DNA from: Eutreptiella sp. 'Long Island Sound 2002'
Taxonomy: Eukaryota > Protista > Euglenida
Reading direction: 5' to 3'
Assembly: GCA_964036045.1 (NCBI GenBank)
Contig: OZ038378.1
Coordinates: 188,914,001 to 188,978,000, forward strand
Length of the DNA stretch: 64,000 nt
In this document: positions 12,960 to 22,531 of the stretch, piece after piece
Numbering within the stretch: the stretch's first letter is position 1
Layout: each line of letters begins with the position of its first letter
Position numbers and translations under genes: made by a program
Notes under the pieces: model-generated
What the model was told of the DNA's origin: nothing
The model's database searches: none
What the model saw: only the letters and a program-made list of their open reading frames with translations

Positions 12960-13365
12960 TGACTGTCTTTGAGGCCCAGGTTTCAAGAAGAAGTCCCAAG
13001 GCCTGACTCCTGTGGGCAAGGTTTTAGGAAGATCTCAGGGCCTGACTCCTCAGGCCAGGCTTTTAGAAAGAAAATCCCAGGGCCTGATGTGTGAGGCCAA
13101 GGATTTAAAATGAAAATCGTAGAGCCTGAGGCTTGAGGCCATGGTTTTAAGAATGCAGTCCCAGGGCACGACTCCTGAGGCCAAGGATTTAAGAAGAAAG
13201 TCCCAAGGCCTGACTCCGAAGGCCATGGTGTTAAGAAGATAATCCCAGGGCATGACTCCTGAGGCCAAGCTTTTAAGAAGAAAATCCCAGGGCCTGACTC
13301 CGGAGGCCAAGCTTCCTAAGAAGAAAGTCCCATGGCCTGATTCCTGAATCCATGCTTTTAAGAAG
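12960..13365. repeat. Minisatellite, about 42-bp unit, about 9 copies
   Basis: Recurring AAGAAAGTCCCAGGGCCTGACTCCTGAGGCCAAGG-like unit; it produces the 14-aa periodicity of the spurious ORF 13050-13310. Confidence 0.85.
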
Positions 13366-14699
13366 TGTGGAATGGATGGCCCGAATTGCTAGGCGGCAGA
13401 TGTAGCTCGCGTTTAAGACATGGTAATCATGGAGCTGGGCATGCAGCAGCCTCGTCATAGGCCTGGGCAAATCTGTGCCGTCCAATTCCGTGTCCCAACA
13501 GGAACTGATGCAGTGTCGCAGCAGAAGCATATCTAAAGGAGCCCCAAGGATAATTCCCAGTTTCCCAGGCCAACCCAGTATCAATAGAAAAGTCTCTGTC
13601 GATTGGAACAAGACTACTTACGTTAGTAGTGCATGGTGTACTGGTGAGAGGGTGACCTCTTGTGAACCAACACATTGTAGTGTAGCGTAGCCTTGTGCTT
13701 TTTCTTGGTACCGGGCAGGTACGACTTGTTTACTTCCGCAATCACAGGCCATGTGCTGTGACATGCTGCCAAAACCGATGTCTGGGTGCCGTAAAGTGAT
13801 TTCATACACTTTTTGTCCCTTTGAGCCTAGTAGTCCTGATGCTTTTAGTGTGTTTTAATGTGCCTCATGTGCCACTAAATGTTTTATCTGTTGAGAGAGA
13901 TGTGCTGAAGGTTTGCTCTGGAAATCTTTAGTAGACCTGAGACTGATTTACATCAGGGAGCGAGATCTTGGAGAATTCTGAGGATGAGGTTGATAGGATG
14001 TTGTGAACCTGGTGGAATTTGTATTGGAACCAAGACGACTCTCAATGGACGACATAGGGAGATTAGTGGATGAATGATGCTATTCTATTGTTTTGGATTC
14101 TAATTCTTCGGCCACTGGTGAGAGAGCAAACGTGCATCCTTGGAACGTTGCTCCGTGAAAATCCGGCAATTGTTGAACCCCAGCACCCGCACAATATTTG
14201 GAGACACTCATCGCGTTAGGGTGGTCCACTTTTTTGGCTAATCCTTAATTAATCCCCCGGCAGCTTTAGTCCACGTTTTGGTTTATTACCTTGTTAACCC
14301 TTGGCCATTTTGGTCTTACTTTTTGGGTTAGTCTCTGGTTAATTCAGGATGTTTTGTTCCAATTTTTTGCGATTAACCTTACTTAGTTCCCCACTGTATT
14401 GAACTTCCAGTATTTTCAGCATTTTTCTGCATTGCAATTGTGCTATTGGTTTCTAGTAGTTTGTGTTTCTGTAATACTATGAGGGGATGCAAATCTGAAA
14501 TTGCAGTGAAACAAGAAAAAGGCTGTATTGTGTTTTAGTATGAATTGTGTACAACGAGGGAAATTCTATTGCCTTCGGCAGTGCACCTCGAAGACAGGTT
14601 GACAGTCAGCCAATCAGTCCCTTAGCCAGGCCAGCAGTCAGTCAGACAGAAACACACAGTTTGGGTTTTTTGTCAGTGGCAGACGCGGCCCCAAGCAGT

Positions 14700-14930
14700 G
14701 GGGAGATGCAATACCTGAGATCAGGCAGTGGCCGAATGGTAATGCAGCTAGCGGAAGCCTTTTTGGTCGCCGGTTCGAACCCTGGTCAGGTCAATACAGC
14801 GCCGCCGCCGCCGCCGCCGCCGACAGTCTGCTGACCAGGGTTCGAACCGCCGACCAAAAACTTTCTGTCGGCTGCGCTACCATTCGACCGGCGGCAGTCT
14901 GATAGCGATCTGCTTCCCCACTGCTTGGAG
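14700..14930. mobile_element. Two tRNA-derived SINE-like copies in inverted (tail-to-tail) orientation around a (GCC)n tract
   Basis: The plus arm TGGCCGAATGGTA...GGTTCGAACCCTGGTCAG matches the reverse complement of the right arm GGTCGAATGGTA...GGTTCGAACCCTGGTCAG. Both have A-box/B-box-like motifs, but their acceptor and T stems do not pair. Confidence 0.6.
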
Positions 14931-15949
14931 TCTTTTGAGCGAAAACTTTTGACCCCCCCCCCCCCAACCCCCCCCCACCCCCTCAAAAAAGTGATATCCA
15001 GTTTTAGGGGATAGAGGCCTGAGAATCAAAAAATCCATTGGGGGGTGGTCTTAATGGGCAAAATAATGATTTTACAAGGGGTTGGACATCCAATATCATG
15101 CCTTGAGGTATGCTACGCGAATGACCCCAAAAAAGGGGGGGTATACGACGCCCGCGCCTGCGCTTGATCTAACAACCTCTCTTCGAGGTGATTTGGGCCG
15201 GTTTTCCGTGCAATCCCTACATTGTATTGTTCGCATACTTTTACACTACTTAAATGTGTTGGTCCCACATGTTGCTTATGCCAACAGTACCCAAAATGTG
15301 TGTCCCCATGTGGAAGCGATCAGATATGGGGATAAATAGGCATAATGAATACACTATCATACGGGAACCAATAGATGCATGTAAATTTGCATGCCGTACA
15401 TGTGTGCAAATGCACCAAGTGCAACATGTCAAAAAATGCAAATGGCTCATGTGCCCACACAATGGAAAATTAAATTGAGGCGCTTAGTCCTGGAAGAGGG
15501 GGGGAGGAGGAGGACGAGGAGGAGGAGGAGGAGGACCTGCGACCCAGCCCTTGCTGGCCGCACGACTAGCACCGCGAGAAACACGCCAATGCTAGCTGGT
15601 TCCCGTTAGCTCCGCCTCGCTGAGATGCAGTGGGTCTTTCGCAGTGCATGCAGGAATGTGCCCTAGGACCTTTCGGCTCACATTCCCCCGCTCACCCTAT
15701 CCGTGGGTACCCCAACCGAAGCCTGACAGGTGGTAGCCAAGTGGGACAATATGCTCAGCACATACGGTCCTAGCATCAGCATGATCACCCCGGAATCCAG
15801 TTGGCAGTGTGTCCCACAGATTGCTTTCATTGCTTAACTTGCGTAAGGTGATGCTAGTTACAATGGTCTAGTGGTTTCTCTCTTGGAGTCTGACAATAGC
15901 ACAGTTCTTGCCAAGGGCACGCGAGCAAACAAAGGCATTCATGACAAAT

Positions 15950-16570
15950 TCACCAAGGCTCTTCAACCCACTTGTCCATACTGGGTTGAAACTTCAGTCT
16001 ATAATCTTGTGTGCTCATCTTGTGAGGTAATCCTAGTAAAGCGAACAGCTGTTGAAATGCCGCCAATAGGGCACGCAATCGTTTGACGGAATATACTTGT
16101 TCTTGTACCACTAAACAAGTGATCATGCGCTGATTCTCTGGATATCCAAACGTCATGCTCCAAAATATGGTACCCTGAAGGTTCGTGCCTATAACAGGCT
16201 TTTCAACCGAATCAATAAGCCATACAGTGGGAACATTGTGTTGTAGCTTGCGCATGTCCCGCATATCTGTGACAAACCAGTATGTGACTGGTGTGAGCGA
16301 GTGCGCCATCAAGCGCATCTTGGGCAAATACACATGAAAATGCATGCGATTTCCTAAGAGGAACAGCAAAGGCGCATGTGGCCACACTACCCACACTTCA
16401 AGGTATGATGCCCATGAGTGCTTTGGTACTCTGTGCTGGTGCGCGAGTACGAAATGTGTCATGGGTGCCCCATTGAGGGCTGCAAAATCTTGGGTTTGTA
16501 ACATGAGAGGCAAGGACGTTGCCTCTCGTAATAACTGCAGAGTGGTAAGTATAAAACCCAACAAACGTTG
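15950..16570 (-). pseudogene. Frameshifted (-1) C-terminal continuation of LINE ORF2
   Basis: ORF 15950-16834 overlaps the ORF2 end in the -1 frame. The protein-like text ERIQKQRLLGFILTTLQLLREATSLPL begins where ORF2 text degrades (about 16570). Confidence 0.6.
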
Positions 16571-19500
16571 CTTTTGGATTCGTTCACTCCCAGCTTTTCC
16601 ATAGCATGTGTAGTGTCTGTTGTTGCTCCACCGTCTGGATTGATGCACAAAGAGATGTGATCGACCTGTGCTCCTGGATAATACACACAATGCAACAAAA
16701 TGGTTGCTGCTCCCCTTTGTACCCAAACTCCCCAAGGGGTAGGAATGCAATGTTTCCAGGATGGGATGACATCGGGTATCATGACTGCCAATTTGGAATA
16801 AACCAAATACAGTATTACATCTCTGTATGGGCATTCCTCACACATGTGCCTGGAGGTATTCTGCATTCCACACCAGATGCATTGTGCAGGATTTGGTTGC
16901 CAGATGCCCTGTCTGCATGCCACAGTATGTAGATGTGTGTTCCATTGAATGTGCCCATTCATGAGGGCATTAGCATACAAATCATACACTGGCTGTGGGG
17001 CACAGTACTCTACATCATGAGACTTACAATACAGCTCGGTCAGCTTGGTGTGCACATACTTGTCCCAATTATGAAACTGCTGACCTTTACAAGAAAACGT
17101 GATCTGTGGTTCTTGCAATTCGGAAATCCATCCTATGCTTGGCACTTGTGACAGCGCCGTTTCTTTGGCACAGCTATCTACACTGTCTAGAATGATATCC
17201 AACAGTGTACCCTTTCGATGGGAGTAAATATGCACTGGAACTTGATAGTCTTGAGACAGTTGTTTACATGCCTGAAGTAAATCTCTCAAAATGGGTACAG
17301 TTTGCTCTGTATCTGACTGTAGGGCTGTAACATATGACTTAGAATCTGTATATGTATCCGATTTGGTATACCACACTCCATCTTGAGTTCCCAGCTTCTT
17401 TCTCACCAGGAGTGTTACCCAGGCCACATACATCTCTATGGCAAAAGAGTGGTCTAGGCTGATAGGACAATGTATCGGGTATACTGTGTATTCCATCGTG
17501 TCATAATCACAAATGGCAAGAGCACCTCCTACCCTGCCATCTGATAATCTGGAACCGTCTGTGACAAAGAATGGGCGTTTGGGCAAAAACTTGATGTCTG
17601 GCAAAATGGCTGGACACGGAACTGAGGGCAACAGATCCACATTCGGTAAACAGAACATCCAATCCGGGATGGGCCAGCCAGCTTTTCTAGCCGCTGGCAA
17701 ATTTTTATATCCAGCCGTCATCCATTCATGCATATGCACAGCTTGCCAATCATGTGTGCATTTATACATGTTGATTTGTTCATCGATCTGCTTGACATAT
17801 GCTGGGACATGAATGCGAATGTTCATGTGATGGGTGTATTTGAGAAATCTGTCATAATATGTGCTGTGTGAGGGACACATCTTTCCAAAGATATCTGGAA
17901 CACATGGCATGCCTGGATGAAAATTCTGAGAGGCTCTCCATATACCATGAGTAACTGATTTCCGGACCAAAGGGTTTAGATGTCCTGCCTGCCTCATGAT
18001 GGTGATGACAAATGTGTGTAACATGGTGACTGTGGCTGGATATATACCAGTCCATCCAGACTGTAATGATTGCATGAAGGAGGCTGAAGGAATTTGACCC
18101 CAATTCGCTACACTCCTAATGGCAGAAGCAGCTGCAAAATCACATAATCTCATGGTGGCATGTGCTGGAGGCCTCACTCCTGCTATCCATCGTTGGGTAC
18201 CTCCTGCACTTGCTGAGTACATAATCAAAGGGTAATTTGCTGGTAGCCTCTCATATCGAAGAGCAATACTTGCTCTTCTGCATGCTGATAACAACTTGAT
18301 ACAATCTTGTCGGTGGAAGATATGTGGCAAAACATGTCTTCCCAACAACCTGGCATATTCATTACCGTCTAATAACTGCAGAGTGCTCCCTCCTGCTCGA
18401 AAATCGTGGCTGTGGTATTGTACCTTTCCACCTATCATAGACGCTACTATACCCGTCAGTTTGATTACTGAAGTGTGTAAGTGTGTGTATAGCCTTGCTG
18501 TCATCTGTCTGTCTAACAATTGCTGCATATCTTTTGCGCATTCCAAAACAAAGGTTGTATCATCCATATATGTGACTCTGAGAAATCTCCCTCCTGGACT
18601 GATAGGTACTGGAACCTGATGAGTGATAATGGCGATGCGCAATTCCAGGAGTAAACAGAAAATCAAAGCTGAAACAGGGCATCCCTGTGCAATACCTGCC
18701 CGAAATGTGGTGATGGCTAATTTCACTCCCTTTTTTCCGCCCATAAAAATTTTTGATTTGGTTGCTGCACCCATAATGATAGTGATCCATCGTTCATGAA
18801 GCCCTGCGAGTCGTAAGATTTGTTCCAATGTGGGGTGCTGAACAGAACCAAAAGCATGACGAATGTCATCTAACACAAGAAAAACTGTGAGATTTCTGTA
18901 CCACCTGTCATTAACATGATCATGTATGACCCTCAATACATCATTGGCTGAAGATTTACCCCATAAGGCAAATTGCGTTACTGGTATGACCTGAGACTGA
19001 CACAGAAGATGAGTAACGTGTTTTTTTATACTGGCCGAAAAGATTTTCCACAAAGTGTGGAAATTGAGAAGAGGTCTGGCATTTGCGATGGGACCATGAG
19101 GTAATTTATTGGGGAGAGCGTAAAAGTCTCCCCAATATATACCGTCCATGTCCCCTCCTGCCAACCATGTGTTGTAAAGCTGTACCAAGTGTAATAACTG
19201 CGAATCTGACAAGAAATTCACCATTCGGGCCTCTAACAGGTTTCGAAATGGAGTGGATCGTGGAAACTTTTTGAGCACTTTGCGTAGAAAACTTACCGTA
19301 AGTGTGAGAGGGGGAAATTGAGGGGGAACCCACTGGACCCATTGCAGAATATCATTGCGGTTCATATATAAAGGGGGTGAAAGATGTCGTTGACGAAATT
19401 GATCCAATGCAACCAAACCAATCATGTCTGCATGTGCATTGTGCTGTGATACATATGTAGGCTCAAGTGATGCATTGTATGGTTGTCGAAATATTTTTCG

Positions 19501-21318
19501 GTAAAGGGGTTTTCTAGGTGCTTGCGCACCTGCTGACCCCCCCAAATTGTTGAGGGAAACCCGAATCTTGTTCTCCAAATGTATCATATCCCATGCTCGC
19601 CATATCTGTGATCTATGCTTCTGTAACTGCTGTGCCTGTGTTATATGTAACCACCACTGTGGGTGCTCTGTGATGTATGCTTGCATTCTTTGCATAGCCT
19701 TTTGCACTAACATGGGGGTTGAATATGCATCACATGGCTGCCCAAATACCTGCGTGGCTGCCTGTAAAATTGCATGTGTGAAACTTTGCACCGTGGTATC
19801 CAATGTGTCTGATGCATGCTGTGTGTATTCTTTATCGAAAACTCTCTGGAAATGAGCCAACTGAGTGGCTGTAATTTCCACAGGTATGACATACCTATTG
19901 GTAGCATGGGTGCATTCCGGAGGGGGTAATGGGGTCACATCATATATACTCAGAATTAATGGGAAGTGATCAGAAGGGAACGAACAACGATGAATCACCT
20001 GTGTTATAGGAGGTGTGGTGTGTGTGACGGAAACCATGAAGTGATCCAATGCGCCAACATGCCCCTGTGCTGATACCCATGTGGGTCCTTGTGATTGTTT
20101 CTTTACTGGATGTATGTTGGTATCTAGAAATGCATCGAGTATGGCTTCTGTGCGGGCGGGGCTGGATATGGGACAATCATTATCCCAACCCGGATTCTGA
20201 TTGAAGTCACCACCTACTACAGTGTACCAGTAGGCAGAAATCAAGAATGGTGCAACCCAGTTCAAGGTTGCTCTTATTTCGTGTGCCTCTGCTTTAGATT
20301 TGAGGTACAAATTGACTACCTGAAAGGGTTTGTCATTGTACAAAAAGCGAACCACAATGGCTCGATGATCTGGGGAGAAATGTTGCTCTTGCATCTGTAT
20401 TCCCAACACTCTGCGTAGCAAAATTGCTAGTCCCAATGAATTCCGGTCTGTATGCGTGTGAAATGCCATATATAGAGGATGGAACATGAAATCTGAGGGG
20501 AGTTTTCCTATCTCCTGCAACATGACAATGTCTGGGAATTCCATCTCTTTAATCCATACATGTAACTGTTTTGTCTTGTCTCGGATACTGATCTGAACAT
20601 TGAATGATATGCATCGGACCGGCGACGTCTCATGAGGATTTTTTTCTTGGGCAGTGCAGTGAGGGACTGATACAATGTCCATTGTGTGTAACAGGGACTG
20701 TCTCAATCTCTGTGGCAATTTTCCGGGTATTTTTAAAATCCTGCGTATGATGCGTGGTTTGAATATTGCCACCATGAGAGTACTGGCTGCACCTGTGAGC
20801 ATTGTATGTTTGATGGAATACTGTGTGAACCAGTACATAGGCAATATGAGCGAGTGTCCGGTGGGTACACGAATTGCAAATTGTGTACGTGTTTTTGTGC
20901 ATCCTGAGATCTGCATAGCACCTTTCAGCTGAATGTAATAAAGCACATCAGCCCATTGAGTTAACAATGGAGCTGGCTGGTGTGTGTGCTTGAAATAATG
21001 GATGTGTATCAATCCAGCAGGGACTGGCAAAAGAGACAGAAGTTCTGCAAGAACTTCTCGGAAACTTACACACCGGTTGTTCTGAAACTGAAAACCCCAC
21101 TGACTGTCAATGGCATTCCCAGTCAGAGGAGACACATACAATATTACTTGCTGTATCGGAAATTCTGACGGAAAGGGAACTGAATCTGGGGGGCTTTTAA
21201 GGTTGCCAGGGGTTTGGCCATCCTTGCTGTTCAGGTGTAGATGGCCAGGCATGGTTATGTACCGGTGCTTGTTGTGGTGCCCAATGATGCTGTGCATGCT
21301 GATGGGGTTGCCAGCCAC
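16459..21318 (-). CDS. LINE ORF2: N-terminal extra domain + AP endonuclease + reverse transcriptase + RNase H + CCHC zinc finger
   Basis: APE: ISFNV, DIVMLQE, GGDFN, PTW, LDHF, SDHFP. RT: ARPLLNF, LDDIRHAFGSV, GIAQGCPVS, YMDD (18559-18570). RNase H: VTDGS, AIEMY, YTDS, HIYSH, DSVD. Zinc finger: CIWC...RHMCEEC. Confidence 0.95.
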   Translation of the reverse strand: MAGNPISMHSIIGHHNKHRYITMPGHLHLNSKDGQTPGNLKSPPDSVPFPSEFPIQQVILYVSPLTGNAIDSQWGFQFQNNRCVSFREVLAELLSLLPVPAGLIHIHYFKHTHQPAPLLTQWADVLYYIQLKGAMQISGCTKTRTQFAIRVPTGHSLILPMYWFTQYSIKHTMLTGAASTLMVAIFKPRIIRRILKIPGKLPQRLRQSLLHTMDIVSVPHCTAQEKNPHETSPVRCISFNVQISIRDKTKQLHVWIKEMEFPDIVMLQEIGKLPSDFMFHPLYMAFHTHTDRNSLGLAILLRRVLGIQMQEQHFSPDHRAIVVRFLYNDKPFQVVNLYLKSKAEAHEIRATLNWVAPFLISAYWYTVVGGDFNQNPGWDNDCPISSPARTEAILDAFLDTNIHPVKKQSQGPTWVSAQGHVGALDHFMVSVTHTTPPITQVIHRCSFPSDHFPLILSIYDVTPLPPPECTHATNRYVIPVEITATQLAHFQRVFDKEYTQHASDTLDTTVQSFTHAILQAATQVFGQPCDAYSTPMLVQKAMQRMQAYITEHPQWWLHITQAQQLQKHRSQIWRAWDMIHLENKIRVSLNNLGGSAGAQAPRKPLYRKIFRQPYNASLEPTYVSQHNAHADMIGLVALDQFRQRHLSPPLYMNRNDILQWVQWVPPQFPPLTLTVSFLRKVLKKFPRSTPFRNLLEARMVNFLSDSQLLHLVQLYNTWLAGGDMDGIYWGDFYALPNKLPHGPIANARPLLNFHTLWKIFSASIKKHVTHLLCQSQVIPVTQFALWGKSSANDVLRVIHDHVNDRWYRNLTVFLVLDDIRHAFGSVQHPTLEQILRLAGLHERWITIIMGAATKSKIFMGGKKGVKLAITTFRAGIAQGCPVSALIFCLLLELRIAIITHQVPVPISPGGRFLRVTYMDDTTFVLECAKDMQQLLDRQMTARLYTHLHTSVIKLTGIVASMIGGKVQYHSHDFRAGGSTLQLLDGNEYARLLGRHVLPHIFHRQDCIKLLSACRRASIALRYERLPANYPLIMYSASAGGTQRWIAGVRPPAHATMRLCDFAAASAIRSVANWGQIPSASFMQSLQSGWTGIYPATVTMLHTFVITIMRQAGHLNPLVRKSVTHGIWRASQNFHPGMPCVPDIFGKMCPSHSTYYDRFLKYTHHMNIRIHVPAYVKQIDEQINMYKCTHDWQAVHMHEWMTAGYKNLPAARKAGWPIPDWMFCLPNVDLLPSVPCPAILPDIKFLPKRPFFVTDGSRLSDGRVGGALAICDYDTMEYTVYPIHCPISLDHSFAIEMYVAWVTLLVRKKLGTQDGVWYTKSDTYTDSKSYVTALQSDTEQTVPILRDLLQACKQLSQDYQVPVHIYSHRKGTLLDIILDSVDSCAKETALSQVPSIGWISELQEPQITFSCKGQQFHNWDKYVHTKLTELYCKSHDVEYCAPQPVYDLYANALMNGHIQWNTHLHTVACRQGIWQPNPAQCIWCGMQNTSRHMCEECPYRDVILYLVYSKLAVMIPDVIPSWKHCIPTPWGVWVQRGAATILLHCVYYPGAQVDHISLCINPDGGATTDTTHAMEKLGVNESKSNVCWVLYLPLCSYYERQRPCLSCYKPKILQPSMGHP

Positions 21319-22531
21319 TTGTGGTGGGAAGGCGAAAATGCTGTGGATTGGTATCTTTTACCCTCCTGTCTGGTGATGGGGACCTGGATCTAGAACGAGA
21401 GTAATGTTTCTTTCCGTTTTTCTTTCGTTTTGGAGATCGTGATTTCGATCTGGATCGGCTCCGCTTCTTCTTGTGTGAGTTCTCCTTCTTTTTTGTACTG
21501 CTCTCTCTCCGATTTTTGTGGTCATCGGATTGATCCGATTCACTTGAATCATCATTCCCTTTTTTTTGTTTCTTTTTTCCAGATGAATGGCTGGCTTCTG
21601 GCGTAAAATATGAGGCTTGATGAAATCCCCTGGGAACCCATGGGGACCAGGGTTGTTTGGTGGCTTTTTTCCAATTGATTCGCCACCCTGAAACGACTGT
21701 CATACCTGGTGTATTGGCTTGATCTTTTCCGTCCTCTGAGACTCCTAACATACAGAAAGACCGTGTGCCTTTCACTGAGTCATCTGTGATGGAGCACAGG
21801 TTTTTTCCGAATACTGGTCTTAATGCAGTGCCCAAAATCCGGGCAGATATATCATGCTCTGGGGGGTCCATCACTGCATTCCATGCCACAAGGATACATA
21901 TAGGAAATTTTGCAGGGTCTGATGACCTGGATTGAGATGTCTGTGCTGCTTGCTGATTTCTGTGTTCTGCCTGCTTGACAATGGTATGACCCGTCGAGAT
22001 CGGGTCTTGGGGGGTTTCCTGCTCTGCCTGTGTGAAGAAATCTTTGATAACATGATCCAATTTGGGATGTGTAGTATGCATGTTGAGAGTGTTCCATTGG
22101 TCAGGTAGATCCGTAGGTGAGAGGTTACGAATCTCTGGCATGTTCAGGCTGACCGTCATGTGGAGCTTTTTGGCAAAGCCACTGATTTTCTCTGTAGGCT
22201 GGTGATTGATCCATTTCAATAGTTTGTGCATAGGCGGTGAACCTGGAATCTGTGTTTTTACTGTAGGAACTGGTGTTTTATCTTGAGCTGACTGAGGTGT
22301 GTTGTGTGTGGGTGACTCTCCTACTGGATCAGTATCATTCAAATACTTCAGTAAGTTTACTGTAGTGGGCCTGTGCTCTGGTATGAGTGCTGTGATAATG
22401 GGAAGCAAGTCCTGCCTGATACCTGTGACTGCTAAAAAAGTTGAGACAAGAGGAACAGAAGCCATATATTTGGCATGGAGTGGGGGGAGACACGTGAAAT
22501 TTTCGGGAGAAGACTCTTTCAAGAGGTCCAC
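21197..22531 (-). CDS. LINE ORF1 C-terminal part: RRM-like segment followed by K/RS-rich and Q/H/W/P-rich tails
   Basis: ICILVAW...SFCMLGV...GWRINWKK is RRM-like, followed by RSRSRSKSRSPKRKK...SRSRSRSPSPDRR. The frame is open about 26 codons upstream of 22531, overlapping the previous ORF. Confidence 0.7.
   Translation of the reverse strand: MDLLKESSPENFTCLPPLHAKYMASVPLVSTFLAVTGIRQDLLPIITALIPEHRPTTVNLLKYLNDTDPVGESPTHNTPQSAQDKTPVPTVKTQIPGSPPMHKLLKWINHQPTEKISGFAKKLHMTVSLNMPEIRNLSPTDLPDQWNTLNMHTTHPKLDHVIKDFFTQAEQETPQDPISTGHTIVKQAEHRNQQAAQTSQSRSSDPAKFPICILVAWNAVMDPPEHDISARILGTALRPVFGKNLCSITDDSVKGTRSFCMLGVSEDGKDQANTPGMTVVSGWRINWKKATKQPWSPWVPRGFHQASYFTPEASHSSGKKKQKKGNDDSSESDQSDDHKNRRESSTKKKENSHKKKRSRSRSKSRSPKRKKNGKKHYSRSRSRSPSPDRRVKDTNPQHFRLPTTSGWQPHQHAQHHWAPQQAPVHNHAWPSTPEQQGWPNPWQP

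Noticed and set aside
13050-13310. ORF with a 14-aa repeat (ASGVRPWDFLLKSL)
   Set aside because: By-product of the 42-bp minisatellite; no coding context.
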